Source: Candidatus Aceula lacicola
GTDB lineage: Bacteria; Omnitrophota; Gorgyraeia; Zapsychrales; Aceulaceae
Reading direction: 5' to 3'
Assembly (NCBI GenBank): GCA_030765785.1
Contig: JAVCCC010000018.1
Location: 761 to 64,760, forward strand
DNA: 64,000 bases
In this document: positions 1 to 9,209 of the stretch, in pieces
How positions within the stretch are numbered: position 1 is the stretch's first letter
How the letters are laid out: the number at the start of each line of letters is the position of its first letter
Notes under the pieces: model-generated
Told to the model about the DNA's origin: nothing
The model's input: only the letters and a program-made list of their open reading frames with translations
Database searches by the model: none
Position numbers and translations under genes: made by a program

Positions 1-1478
1 CGTTTGAATTTTGTTTCCGAATGAACAGGTTTTGCCGATAGACGGTTTTGATCGGTCATGATACGTGGTGTTATAAAAATAATAAGCTCCCTTTCTATCT
101 CGGAGCTATCTTTATGGCGAAAGGCACGCCCGATGAATGGCAAATCTCCGAGTAAAGGAACCTTGGTGATCGTTTCAGTGTGATTAGTTTTTTTAAGTCC
201 GCCTAAATAAACTGTTTCTCCGTCTTTGACGCGCATAACGGATTTAGTTCCTCGTTCTTCAGGGTCTTTGAAAGTTTTTCCGTTAAAAGTGGCTCCAGCG
301 CGCGCCTCAATGACGCGAGGAAAAATGGCCATAGTAATTTCGCCTGTTTCTAAGTTTGCTTGAGGCGTGACAGATAGAAAAATTCCAGTTTGAACACGCT
401 CAGCTTCTATATTTTGCGTTACGACTCCCTCCGAGCCTCCTGTGGAGGTTATGATACCGATAGCTTCGTTCGTCGAAATTTGAATTTCAGCTGTTTGGTT
501 GTTAAGTGTAAGTATTTTTGGATTTGCTAAGTTTTTGGTATCTGTAATTGTTTTTAAGAATTGCAATGCAGCTGTTAAGCCTGTGGCATCAATGGTTCCC
601 ATAGTGTATTGTGGTGAGTCCTCTGAGAATTCAAAATAACCTTTTTGAAGAACTTTATTTTGATCCCAAGGATAAAGAACCCCTCTCGATCCTCCTGTAA
701 ATTGAAGAGGAGTATTTCCAATCTTGACACCAAGAAGTTCGCCTGTGCTTTTGGAGACGTCTAGCATCTCAACTTCGATGAGGACTTGAGGAACAGAAAT
801 GTCAAGTCGAGCGATTGTCTTTTCAATCGTTGGAAATTGACTCGGAATATCAGTAACGATAAGGCTGTTTGTTCGAGCATCCTGTATGACGATTCCGGAT
901 TCTGTTAGAACGCTTTTAACAGCCAGAAGTATTCCTTTGATTCCTTCTTCGTCTTCATCTTCGTCGTCTCCACTCGTAGAGCTAGTGCTTGAGGAGCTTT
1001 CGCTGCTACTGCCTTCATCAGAATCTTCTTGGTCTTTAAGATTTTTAATCAGTTTCGAATTAGAAACGGTTGCATGTTTAAGAGGAAAAACGCGCGTTAT
1101 AAGCTCTTTTAGAGGCTTGTCCATTTTTTTGACAACGAAGATGTTGCTCCCAGGCTGAAGTTCGTACATGAGATTGTTGGCATACAAGATTTGATCTAAC
1201 GCTTCTTCGACTGGAACATTATCAAAATAAAGAGTAATTTCCATATCGGCTATAGCAGAGTCTGCAATAAAATTTAGATCAGCTTGTTGAGAGAAAATTT
1301 TTAATACACTCCTTAAATCTGCATCTTTAAAATCCATAGAGATTTTTTTGGAATATTCTGAATACAGAAAATGATCGAGTCGAGAGATTTCGCTATACGC
1401 TGCTTTTGTGCTAATCGACAGGAACAAGCATGCAGTAAGAATAAAAAGACATGTGGTTTTGAGTATTTTAGTTGTCAT
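1..1478 (-). CDS. pilQ: Type IV pilus secretin PilQ; C-terminal end runs off the window start
   Basis: Minus-strand ORF from ATG at 1478 (MTTKILKTTCLFILTACLF, signal peptide) open to nt 1; acidic/Ser-rich linker; C-terminal region ...VPLLGDLPFIGRAFRHKDSSEIERELIIFITPRIMTD typical of secretin domain; missing from ORF track because truncated by window edge. Confidence 0.8.
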   Translation of the reverse strand, partial: MTTKILKTTCLFILTACLFLSISTKAAYSEISRLDHFLYSEYSKKISMDFKDADLRSVLKIFSQQADLNFIADSAIADMEITLYFDNVPVEEALDQILYANNLMYELQPGSNIFVVKKMDKPLKELITRVFPLKHATVSNSKLIKNLKDQEDSDEGSSSESSSSTSSTSGDDEDEDEEGIKGILLAVKSVLTESGIVIQDARTNSLIVTDIPSQFPTIEKTIARLDISVPQVLIEVEMLDVSKSTGELLGVKIGNTPLQFTGGSRGVLYPWDQNKVLQKGYFEFSEDSPQYTMGTIDATGLTAALQFLKTITDTKNLANPKILTLNNQTAEIQISTNEAIGIITSTGGSEGVVTQNIEAERVQTGIFLSVTPQANLETGEITMAIFPRVIEARAGATFNGKTFKDPEERGTKSVMRVKDGETVYLGGLKKTNHTETITKVPLLGDLPFIGRAFRHKDSSEIERELIIFITPRIMTDQNRLSAKPVHSETKFK

Positions 1479-1503
1479 GGAAACAAAGTCCCCCGCTTTA
1501 AAT

Positions 1504-1962
1504 CTAAATGGATTGGGTTAGAGTTTGGTCAATTTTTATAGTAAAAGGTGCTCCAGAAAATAAAATATCGACCCCGCCTTTGTGAATGTTAACGATTTCA
1601 GACTTCTCGACAATATCACCAATGGTGACAATGTTCTGATTAATGATCGCTTGTGGCAACGCTGTATTCCAGATAAGACCAGAAATAACGAGCACAGGAG
1701 CCTTAACAATAGGCTTTGGTTTCTTCTCGACTTGTATAGGAGAAGTCCTTAGCTCGGGTCTTAGCTTCGATGCCCTACTACTTATATTAATAGGTTCTGG
1801 TATTTTTTCAACAATTTCTTTAATTTTTGGGAGTGAAGATTTAAAAGGATTTCTTGTTTGAGCGGCAGTGAGGTTAAAAGATTCGCTCGCCTCAAGGATG
1901 CCGTTTATTAAAAATAGTCCGATTAGGAAAATAAAAAGAAAAAGTACAATTTTTTGTCTCAT
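1504..1962 (-). CDS. pilP: PilP-like pilus assembly lipoprotein/inner membrane protein
   Basis: 152 aa, N-terminal hydrophobic anchor, NPF motif, Pro/Lys-rich linker, C-terminal beta domain; position between pilO-like and pilQ. Confidence 0.55.
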   Translation of the reverse strand: MRQKIVLFLFIFLIGLFLINGILEASESFNLTAAQTRNPFKSSLPKIKEIVEKIPEPINISSRASKLRPELRTSPIQVEKKPKPIVKAPVLVISGLIWNTALPQAIINQNIVTIGDIVEKSEIVNIHKGGVDILFSGAPFTIKIDQTLTQSI

Positions 1963-1972
1963 GCTTGTTCCT

Positions 1973-2602
1973 TTATTGTTTTAGATCGATAGATGTTAGC
2001 ATCATTTTCCAAGAAATAATTTCGTCGTCTTGTTCGTCAGGGTTCAGCGTATTTGTAAAAGATTTTGTTTTGTTCCAGGAATCAATGCGAAAGCTTTTTT
2101 CATAATGTTCAATTTTGTAGACAAATCGCAACATATCCTCAAAAGATCCGGAAAAGGTAAATTTGATTGCTTGTTCTGTGTAGTCGCTAAAATTTTGCAG
2201 TTTACTTGGGACAAAAGAAATTATTTTAACATCGAAACTTTGGGCAATTTTCGATATGACGTTAATGATTGAGGTTGCGCTTGAGTAGCCTTTTTGAGAC
2301 GTTTCCATGATGTTTTTTAAGATTTTTTCTTGGTTTTCATAAGACTTAATTGCAAATGATTTTTCTTCCAGCTGTTTTATTTCTAAATCGATGTCTTGTG
2401 ATGCTTGTTGTCGATAAGAAAAAGTTCCTTGGACAATAAAGAGCGCAACCAAAATGATTGCAATATTGTATAAAATATCTTTGCGTTTGAGCAGATTTTT
2501 TTGGAGTAATTGTATGTTAATCTTTTTAAAATCAACGTTTAAATTCATATTCTTAAGATCGATGTTTTGAAGGTCTTGAATTATTTTTTTAAGATCTAAC
2601 AT
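1973..2602 (-). CDS. pilO: PilO-like type IV pilus inner-membrane assembly protein
   Basis: 209 aa, short cytoplasmic N-terminus, single TM, coiled coil, C-terminal alpha/beta domain; synteny pilMN-pilO-pilP-pilQ. Confidence 0.55.
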   Translation of the reverse strand: MLDLKKIIQDLQNIDLKNMNLNVDFKKINIQLLQKNLLKRKDILYNIAIILVALFIVQGTFSYRQQASQDIDLEIKQLEEKSFAIKSYENQEKILKNIMETSQKGYSSATSIINVISKIAQSFDVKIISFVPSKLQNFSDYTEQAIKFTFSGSFEDMLRFVYKIEHYEKSFRIDSWNKTKSFTNTLNPDEQDDEIISWKMMLTSIDLKQ

Positions 2603-4178
2603 TGTCTTGGCTTTCTAATTTAATTAAAATTTGAAAGTACGTTACAGGGAATCCATCCTTTTCCATTTTGCTAACCGTCTCAAGCTCGAGATGCTTTAGG
2701 CGTCCTTTTAGGTCTTTGCTTATCTTTAATTTTTCAATGAAAGCATCAATAAGGGTAATTTGATTATTGAGATTGTCTGCATAGCCGTAACCTTCGAGTG
2801 AAATTTCGATTTCTTTTTTTTCCTTATCTTTCGTTGCGCTATGATCAAGGTATTTAATGTTGAAATTCTTTAGCCAAATACCTGTCGGCGTTTGATCGGA
2901 TATGACTGAAAGAATTTCGGCAACATCGCTATGAAATCGGACACCCTTGTAGATGTTGACTCTTTTTGCGATTTCTTTTGATTTTGTTTTTAGCTCAGAG
3001 GTGCTTGTGTTTTCATATTTCTTGTTTGCGTCGACCAAAGTTTTAATTTTAGAACTTTGAGGAAGACCAAGCGCACTTGATCCGATAAATGCAATCGCAA
3101 TGATTAAGCCGCAAATACCCGCAATGTTTATCGTCCTCTTATAGTTGGGTGGTCGATTAACAAAGCTATCAAGGTCAGCTCCAGCGGAGTAGGCGTCAGG
3201 ATTTCGAGCCTTAGCAAGATCGAGGTTTAAATTTAGAGAAAGTTCTTCAGTAATGCTTGTTCCAGCGGCATTTAAGATGTTAAGGTTAAGTTTGTCATTT
3301 TTACCAAAGAGGTTACGAGTATCAAAGGCAATAGCTGAAACGCCAATGTCGCTTTTAAGCTGTTCTGCAATTTCCTGAGAATAGTGATCTGAGAAAATAA
3401 ATATTTTTTCAATGTTATGTTTGTTGCCTTTCTTTTTTGATTGACGGGCATAGAAATCTAGAGACACTTTAATTTCATCGAAGAGTTGTGCGAAAGTTTT
3501 CTGTGATTCCTCAGCCGTTCCCTCGTTTTCAGAATTCGTCAGTTTAAAGTCACGAATAAATTGAGGCACTTGCTGCTCCGTAATTGTAATAGCCCCATCA
3601 CCATTATTAACTTGAATAATTGCAATCTTTTGATTATTTTCAATTTGTTTTTGGAGCATTAAAATTCTTAAAAGGCTTATGGAAGATGGTTCAGCTGAAA
3701 TGATTTTGATTTGCCCTTTTTCAAAAATGCTGCAGTACTGATCGAGAATCACCTTTCTCATGGCAATAAAAAGGATTTGTGTTTTCTTGTTGCCGTTTTC
3801 TGTAATTGGAATATGGTGAAATCCATAAACAAGATCGCTCAATTTAAATGGAATGTATTTTCGAGCTTCAAATAAAACAGCGTTGCTTAGTTCTGATGCA
3901 CTCATAGAAGGAACAGTAAAAGCACGGAAGATAACATTTCGAATTGGAAGCGAAAGATTAATTTCTGGCTTTAAAATTCCTTGTTCGCGTATAATTTTTT
4001 GTATTGCTTCTGTTAATCGAATACTTTCAGGAGACTGTTGCTCGTCAGCTTGCTTTCGAAGAGGTGAAAATGTATGCGGAATAGACTCTGAGTAAGTGAG
4101 TTCATTATTTTCTGTTTGAACAAAAGAGAGAGAATCGACACCAAAGAATACGCCAATATGTTTTTTTTGTTTTGCCAT
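2589..4178 (-). CDS. PilM-PilN fusion (actin-like ATPase fold PilM fused to TM + PilN-like periplasmic domain)
   Basis: 529 aa; N-terminal ~340 aa PilM-like (MAKQKKHIGVFFGVDS...), then TM helix (INIAGICGLIIAIAFIGSSALG) and ~150 aa PilN-like tail; overlaps pilO start by 14 nt. Confidence 0.6.
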   Translation of the reverse strand: MAKQKKHIGVFFGVDSLSFVQTENNELTYSESIPHTFSPLRKQADEQQSPESIRLTEAIQKIIREQGILKPEINLSLPIRNVIFRAFTVPSMSASELSNAVLFEARKYIPFKLSDLVYGFHHIPITENGNKKTQILFIAMRKVILDQYCSIFEKGQIKIISAEPSSISLLRILMLQKQIENNQKIAIIQVNNGDGAITITEQQVPQFIRDFKLTNSENEGTAEESQKTFAQLFDEIKVSLDFYARQSKKKGNKHNIEKIFIFSDHYSQEIAEQLKSDIGVSAIAFDTRNLFGKNDKLNLNILNAAGTSITEELSLNLNLDLAKARNPDAYSAGADLDSFVNRPPNYKRTINIAGICGLIIAIAFIGSSALGLPQSSKIKTLVDANKKYENTSTSELKTKSKEIAKRVNIYKGVRFHSDVAEILSVISDQTPTGIWLKNFNIKYLDHSATKDKEKKEIEISLEGYGYADNLNNQITLIDAFIEKLKISKDLKGRLKHLELETVSKMEKDGFPVTYFQILIKLESQDNVRS

Positions 4179-4181
4179 AAG

Positions 4182-4358
4182 TTATTTTGCCTTACGAGAT
4201 TGAGATCTTAACCATTTATCAATTTCGCGTTTATCAAACCGCCAAACGCCTCCGATTTTAATGCCTGAGATTTTTCGTTGATTTAACCAGTTGTAGATTG
4301 TCTGTTTTTTAAGCTTTAGGTATTGCGCTAGCTCGTCGACATCAAGTAAATGGTTCAT
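4182..4358 (-). CDS. Excisionase/MerR-type helix-turn-helix DNA-binding protein (58 aa)
   Basis: Not in ORF track (<60 aa). MNHLLDVDELAQYLKLKKQTIYNWLNQRKISGIKIGGVWRFDKREIDKWLRSQSRKAK: classic excisionase-family HTH; ends 4 nt before pilMN start. Confidence 0.6.
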   Translation of the reverse strand: MNHLLDVDELAQYLKLKKQTIYNWLNQRKISGIKIGGVWRFDKREIDKWLRSQSRKAK

Positions 4359-4555
4359 TGTGGTTACCCTGTTAGCTCTATTCTTAATCCAAGTTAGGTT
4401 TCTTATAATCCTATTCTTTAGACTGCTATTATGTTCATTAGACCATAGTAGAGTTACTTTGTCAATAGTTTTTTTAATTAGAACTTACTGAGACTTACCT
4501 GAGCTTAATCCTAGAGAGTTTTGCCTGAAGAATATTGGAGATGTTTTATTTAGAT

Positions 4556-4912
4556 TTACTGATAGGTGACGCTTACTTGTAAGGGATTTGTCCCAGACGG
4601 ACCAGTGCCTGGATTTGGAGCGCTTACGCCAATTGTAAAGATTTTTCCATTAATGGTTTCTGAGCTCATGCCTGTTCCTGCCGTGCCAGTTGCAGTTCCT
4701 TGCATATATGACTTCCAAAAGTATCCCTTGGCAAGCTGTTCTGCTTTAATGCGATCAACCTGATTTTGTCCGAGAAGCCCTTGACTTCCAATAGCGCCCA
4801 AAATGCCAACAGCAAGAGTTGTCATGGCCAAAACAAGCATAATAACAGTAAGAAGGATAATTCCTTTTTTATTATTCATTATTTTCATTTTTTTCCTCTT
4901 TATTTTGCTCAA
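4556..4912 (-). CDS. Hypothetical signal-anchored Gly/Thr-rich protein
   Basis: 118 aa ORF; basic N-terminus then hydrophobic helix (GIILLTVIMLVLAMTTLAVGILGAIG); no GFTLIE prepilin motif; true start may be Met12 (4879). Confidence 0.4.
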   Translation of the reverse strand: MSKIKRKKMKIMNNKKGIILLTVIMLVLAMTTLAVGILGAIGSQGLLGQNQVDRIKAEQLAKGYFWKSYMQGTATGTAGTGMSSETINGKIFTIGVSAPNPGTGPSGTNPLQVSVTYQ

Positions 4913-5120
4913 TATAACTTTTGCATCTAGGGCAAGTCTTTAAAGTTTTATTTTCAAAATCATAAAAAAGATAATTGCAATAAGGACATTGAGCGAGATG
5001 CTTTGTTTTTTTTATGTCTTGCCCTTCCTTTTTATTATATACGATCCATTGGCCAATAACAAGGAGTAAACAAAATGTTAGAAAGATTGCAATAGAGATA
5101 GAGAAATCAATAGTGATCAT
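4872..5120 (-). CDS. Small membrane protein with C-terminal zinc-ribbon (CPYC...CPRC)
   Basis: 82 aa; one TM helix then CxxC-x17-CxxC. Confidence 0.4.
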   Translation of the reverse strand: MITIDFSISIAIFLTFCLLLVIGQWIVYNKKEGQDIKKTKHLAQCPYCNYLFYDFENKTLKTCPRCKSYIEQNKEEKNENNE

Positions 5121-5544
5121 CGTTTGGCAGCTTAAGGTGTATATGGCTTATTGAGCTTGAAGTTTCAGAGTTTTTTAATAATTCTGGTGATTTTTTTTGA
5201 GGAGTAGAAGCAAACGGCTCTGTTTTTAAGGTTTTTTTAAAGTTAGGCTGATTTGAGATCTTAAGTTCGGGTTTTTGATCATCATTAAAAATGCGGCTAC
5301 TCGGGTCACTAGAAGATGTTTTCGAATCGATATTTTCTGGGTAGTTCCTTTTTGTTTCAGAAAGTTGATGAAAGATTGGTGAGGATTCCGTATCGTGTTT
5401 CCTTAAAAAAGATCCGAGAAAGTTAAGAGAAGGTTTTACAGGTTCTTTTTTAGAATCAAAACGGAAATTAAAAAAGTTAAAAACAATTAAATGCAATAAA
5501 ATGGAAAGCAAAAAAGCGCGAATAATAATTCTTTTAATACTCAT
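5107..5544 (-). CDS. TonB/TolA-like N-terminal anchor + Pro/Lys/Ser-rich linker protein lacking recognisable C-terminal TonB domain
   Basis: 145 aa; N-terminal TM (IIIRAFLLSILLHLIVFNFF), low-complexity K/P/S-rich remainder; immediately downstream of exbB-exbD. Confidence 0.4.
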   Translation of the reverse strand: MSIKRIIIRAFLLSILLHLIVFNFFNFRFDSKKEPVKPSLNFLGSFLRKHDTESSPIFHQLSETKRNYPENIDSKTSSSDPSSRIFNDDQKPELKISNQPNFKKTLKTEPFASTPQKKSPELLKNSETSSSISHIHLKLPNDDHY

Positions 5545-5559
5545 GAGTCGCTTCTCTTT

Positions 5560-5964
5560 TTATTTTTCTTGATTTGTGGCGATATTGACACGCTCGATGC
5601 CGAGTTCACGACAAAGATCCCAAATATCAATAACTCTTCCTAGCGATGATCGGCGGTCAGCCTTAATTAAAATAAGTCGTTCTTTGTTTTCCTTTTTCCC
5701 CAGCTCTTTTTTTAGGTCTTTCATGGTGCCAACTTTGCTATTGATATATAAAACGTTTTCACTCGTCAAAGTTATAATGAGGTTCTCTTCCTTAATAACT
5801 TCGCTTGTGATCGCTTTAGGAAGCTTTACTTTGATGCCTGACTGAAAAACAAAAGAAGATGACAACATAAAGAATATTAGAAGTTGAAAAATAACATCCA
5901 CTAGAGGTGCGATATTGATTGGATCAAGCCCGGAGCTAGATTTTGTGTGTCGTCTAAATTGCAA
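5560..5964 (-). CDS. exbD: Biopolymer transport protein ExbD/TolR
   Basis: 134 aa, single N-terminal TM, ExbD/TolR-like periplasmic domain (INIAPLVDVIFQLLIFFM). Confidence 0.75.
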   Translation of the reverse strand: MQFRRHTKSSSGLDPINIAPLVDVIFQLLIFFMLSSSFVFQSGIKVKLPKAITSEVIKEENLIITLTSENVLYINSKVGTMKDLKKELGKKENKERLILIKADRRSSLGRVIDIWDLCRELGIERVNIATNQEK

Positions 5965-5983
5965 TTTAAGTCCGTCCTTTTAT

Positions 5984-6640
5984 TTATATTTGTGTTAAAT
6001 GATTAACAAGTTCAGTCGCACTTCTTTCCATCTCCAAAATAAATTTATTAATTCGACTCACAAGGTAGTTGTAGACGACGAATGTTGGAATCGCAACAAT
6101 AAGACCTGCTACGGTTGTTAAGAGAGCTTCCCAGATACCTCCTGCTAAGTCTCCCGGTGTGACAGGATTAAGAGATGTGGCACGCATCTGAATCGTGTGA
6201 AAATTAGCTGCCATGCCCGTAACGGTTCCTAAAAGGCCAAGTAGCGGGGTGATGTGTGCGATTGTTGCCAGAGCTGTTAGGCGACGTTCAAGTTTTGGAA
6301 TTTCAAAGAGGCTCGCATCGCTTAAGGCCTCCTTGATTTCTTCTTTTGGAGAACCAAATTTTAAGATACCAGCTTCTAAGACTTTTGCGATAGGTGATCG
6401 ACTTTCTTCGCAATAGGCAACGGCCTCTTTGATTTTATTACCTTTGATTAATGCAAAAATATTTTTTCGGAGTTTTTGAGGATCGGTTTTGATCATTGAA
6501 AAATAAATGAATTTCTCAATAACGATTGCAAAAGCAAAACATGAACATAAAACAATCGGGATCATGATAGGGCCACCAGCCACAATAAGTTCCCAAGCGT
6601 TAATTTTCCAAATTCCCATAGATATTTCCCCTTTCGTCAA
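5984..6640 (-). CDS. exbB: MotA/TolQ/ExbB proton-channel protein
   Basis: 218 aa, 3 TM, conserved C-terminal ...LLGLLGTVTGMAANF... motif of MotA/TolQ/ExbB family. Confidence 0.75.
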   Translation of the reverse strand: MTKGEISMGIWKINAWELIVAGGPIMIPIVLCSCFAFAIVIEKFIYFSMIKTDPQKLRKNIFALIKGNKIKEAVAYCEESRSPIAKVLEAGILKFGSPKEEIKEALSDASLFEIPKLERRLTALATIAHITPLLGLLGTVTGMAANFHTIQMRATSLNPVTPGDLAGGIWEALLTTVAGLIVAIPTFVVYNYLVSRINKFILEMERSATELVNHLTQI

Positions 6641-9129
6641 TAATTATTAAGTGAAATGTTTGAATGAATCCATTCAAGTCTCTCTTGCGCAAACGTACGT
6701 TCGTCGACTTCGTAGGCGATAACTTTTTGATAAATCGATATTGCGTTAGCCCAGTCCTCTTTGTCTTCAAAAAGTCGAGCAACACGAAGATAAGCCTTGA
6801 TGACCCATTTTGTTTCATTTGGGTAAAGATACGGTATTTTTAAATAAGCGTCAATCGCGTTGTCAACCTGATGAAGCGATTCACAAGCATCTCCTATGAG
6901 AAATTGGATTTCGCTTTTTTTCATTTTGTTTAATCCGTCAGGTGAATCAATGGCTTTTTGATAAAATTCTAGCGATTGATTGTAGCGTTTCTTTTGTTTA
7001 GAAATTGTAGCTATTTTGACATAGGCATCACGTGCAAACTCTGGAGAATTGTCGATAATGTTTTCATATGTTCGGATAGCTGTGCTTGTGTTGATTTGTT
7101 TAGCAAAGATCTCAGCGATCAAAAGACGAGCTTTTCCGTAGTTTTCGTCACCAAAAGAACTATCGATCAGCTTAAGCTGATTTAGGGCTTCGTCAAGCGC
7201 TCCTTTTTCGTAATAAGATTGACCTAGTCCTAGGATAGCGTCACCAATCTTTTCGTTACCAGGAAAGTTTTTAATAATGTCGTTGTAGTAAGAAATTGCA
7301 TTGTTATATTCTTCGGCTTGAAGATAATATTCAGCTAGCCACGATGTAGCTTGCAAGGCTGTTTTTGTATGTGGATATTTATAAATAATGATCTTAAAGT
7401 CTCTAAGCGCTTCTTTGATGATCCCCATTTCATAAAAACAGCGTGCGATGTTGATCTCAGAGTCTTGGACAAGAGCTTCGTTAAAGGAATAGTGTTTTTT
7501 TATTTTTTTAAAGATTCTAATCGCCTCAGCGTAATCTTTAAGGTTTAGAAATGCTAAGCCTAGAATATAATGAGCATCGGGTTGAAATTGATTATCAGCA
7601 GATAGCTCACTGATAAATTCTGTCATTTTTTCTTTGGCCGCAATCCAATCTCCTTTTTTAAAATATGCGACACCAAGATAATATTTTATATCTGTTAAAT
7701 ATTTGCTATCTGGAAAGTTTTCTTGAAGGCTTTGAAAGGAAAGCGTTGCACTGTCGATTTTGTCCATTTTAAGAAGAGCAATTCCTTGGCGGTATTGAGC
7801 ATAATCCGTGTAGAGTGTATCTGGAAAATTTCCTAAGATTTTATCATAAGCATTGATGGCTTGATCGTATTGGCCTATATCCTGAAAAGCATCGCCGATT
7901 TGGGTCAAAGCGCTTACTTTGATAATCTTGTTTTGCGTATGATTGATAACGTATTCGAAATTCTTAATTGCGTCAGACGGACTTCCTTTTCGAAGATAGG
8001 TCCACGCCAGGCCAAGGTAAGCTTTTTCGACGATTTGTGACAAATCGGGATCATCTCTAAAAAGTTCAATAACTTTTTGGTAAACATCGACGGCTTTATC
8101 GTAATCCTCGGTTTTATAAAGGGTATTTGCTATGCCAAGATAAGCGTCAGAAGATTTAACCCCGCTTGGATCAAAGCTGATAATTTTTTGATAATTTAAA
8201 AGAGCTTTCTCAAGATCTCCTTTTTCAGAAAAAAGATTAGCAAGCCCTAAGAATGGAATTTCACTCTGAATATTTTGTTGATCTGCAAACAAAGCTGCAT
8301 CATTAAATGATTGTTCAGCTTGGTCAAATTCTTTTAGCTTGAAATAGCTCCATCCAATCCCAACATCAGAAATTAGTTTTGTTTGATTTTTGTTGGTTTT
8401 TTCTTTGCATTTACCGTAATATTTAATAGCAACAAGATATTTTTTTAGATAATAGCTTGATTCCGCGATGTAAAATAACGCCTGGTCAACGCGGATTAAT
8501 TTTGGAAAACTCTTTATGTATTTCTCAAATGTTACAACGGCATCGTCATATTCTTCAAGATTAAAATCACACTCGCCAATTCGAAACAGCGAATCTTCAA
8601 AAAGCTGGTGTGTCGGAAAAGATTTAAGAAAGCTTAAGAATTTTTGTTTTGCTTGCGCATAATCATTTTGTTCAAATTCGATCCAGGCAAGAGCATACTG
8701 CGCTTGAGGAACATAGTTTGATGATGGATAAAGGCCTAAAAGTTGTTCGTGATTGTTTTTTGCCTCAGCATAATCTCTAACCTTTAAATAGGTCTCTCCT
8801 AGCCAAAAAAGAACAGCATCTTGGTATCCTGGGATATTGCGAAGTTCTTTAAATTCTTTAAATGCTTTTAAATATTGTCCTTTGAAGAAATAACATTGAC
8901 CACGCAGAAGGGTGATTTGTGGACGTTTTTCGGTTTGAGGGTATTGCTTAAGAAGTTGATTGATGTATCGAATGGCAACATCATAGAATCCGTCGTCAAA
9001 AGCTTTTTGGGTGATTAGAAAAAGCTCTGTTTCATTGTCTTGAGCCCAACAAACAGATTCTTGATTCTCAGTTAAAACGACAGTCGTCAATAAAATACAC
9101 ATAAGAATATAAATATTTTTTAAATACAT
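6637..9129 (-). CDS. Secreted tetratricopeptide-repeat (TPR) protein, 830 aa
   Basis: Signal peptide (MYLKNIYILMCILLTTVVLT) followed by many TPR-like repeats (YxxAxxYYxxGxY patterns); overlaps exbB start. Confidence 0.7.
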   Translation of the reverse strand: MYLKNIYILMCILLTTVVLTENQESVCWAQDNETELFLITQKAFDDGFYDVAIRYINQLLKQYPQTEKRPQITLLRGQCYFFKGQYLKAFKEFKELRNIPGYQDAVLFWLGETYLKVRDYAEAKNNHEQLLGLYPSSNYVPQAQYALAWIEFEQNDYAQAKQKFLSFLKSFPTHQLFEDSLFRIGECDFNLEEYDDAVVTFEKYIKSFPKLIRVDQALFYIAESSYYLKKYLVAIKYYGKCKEKTNKNQTKLISDVGIGWSYFKLKEFDQAEQSFNDAALFADQQNIQSEIPFLGLANLFSEKGDLEKALLNYQKIISFDPSGVKSSDAYLGIANTLYKTEDYDKAVDVYQKVIELFRDDPDLSQIVEKAYLGLAWTYLRKGSPSDAIKNFEYVINHTQNKIIKVSALTQIGDAFQDIGQYDQAINAYDKILGNFPDTLYTDYAQYRQGIALLKMDKIDSATLSFQSLQENFPDSKYLTDIKYYLGVAYFKKGDWIAAKEKMTEFISELSADNQFQPDAHYILGLAFLNLKDYAEAIRIFKKIKKHYSFNEALVQDSEINIARCFYEMGIIKEALRDFKIIIYKYPHTKTALQATSWLAEYYLQAEEYNNAISYYNDIIKNFPGNEKIGDAILGLGQSYYEKGALDEALNQLKLIDSSFGDENYGKARLLIAEIFAKQINTSTAIRTYENIIDNSPEFARDAYVKIATISKQKKRYNQSLEFYQKAIDSPDGLNKMKKSEIQFLIGDACESLHQVDNAIDAYLKIPYLYPNETKWVIKAYLRVARLFEDKEDWANAISIYQKVIAYEVDERTFAQERLEWIHSNISLNNY

Positions 9130-9209
9130 GGGACTATTATACCAACTTTTTTTTGGATTTCAATTTATAGTGTAAATATACACTGTTGGTTTCGGGGAAT
9201 GGCTAGCAT

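Noticed and set aside
886-1158. Plus-strand 90-aa ORF (and similar plus ORFs at 1643, 2030, 3853, 4566, 5576, 6213, 6976, 7351 etc.)
   Set aside because: They lie antisense inside strong minus-strand genes with clear homology and have low-complexity translations. They are shadow ORFs.
6600-6818. 72-aa ORF overlapping the exbB start and TPR gene end
   Set aside because: Out-of-frame overlap with two well-supported genes.
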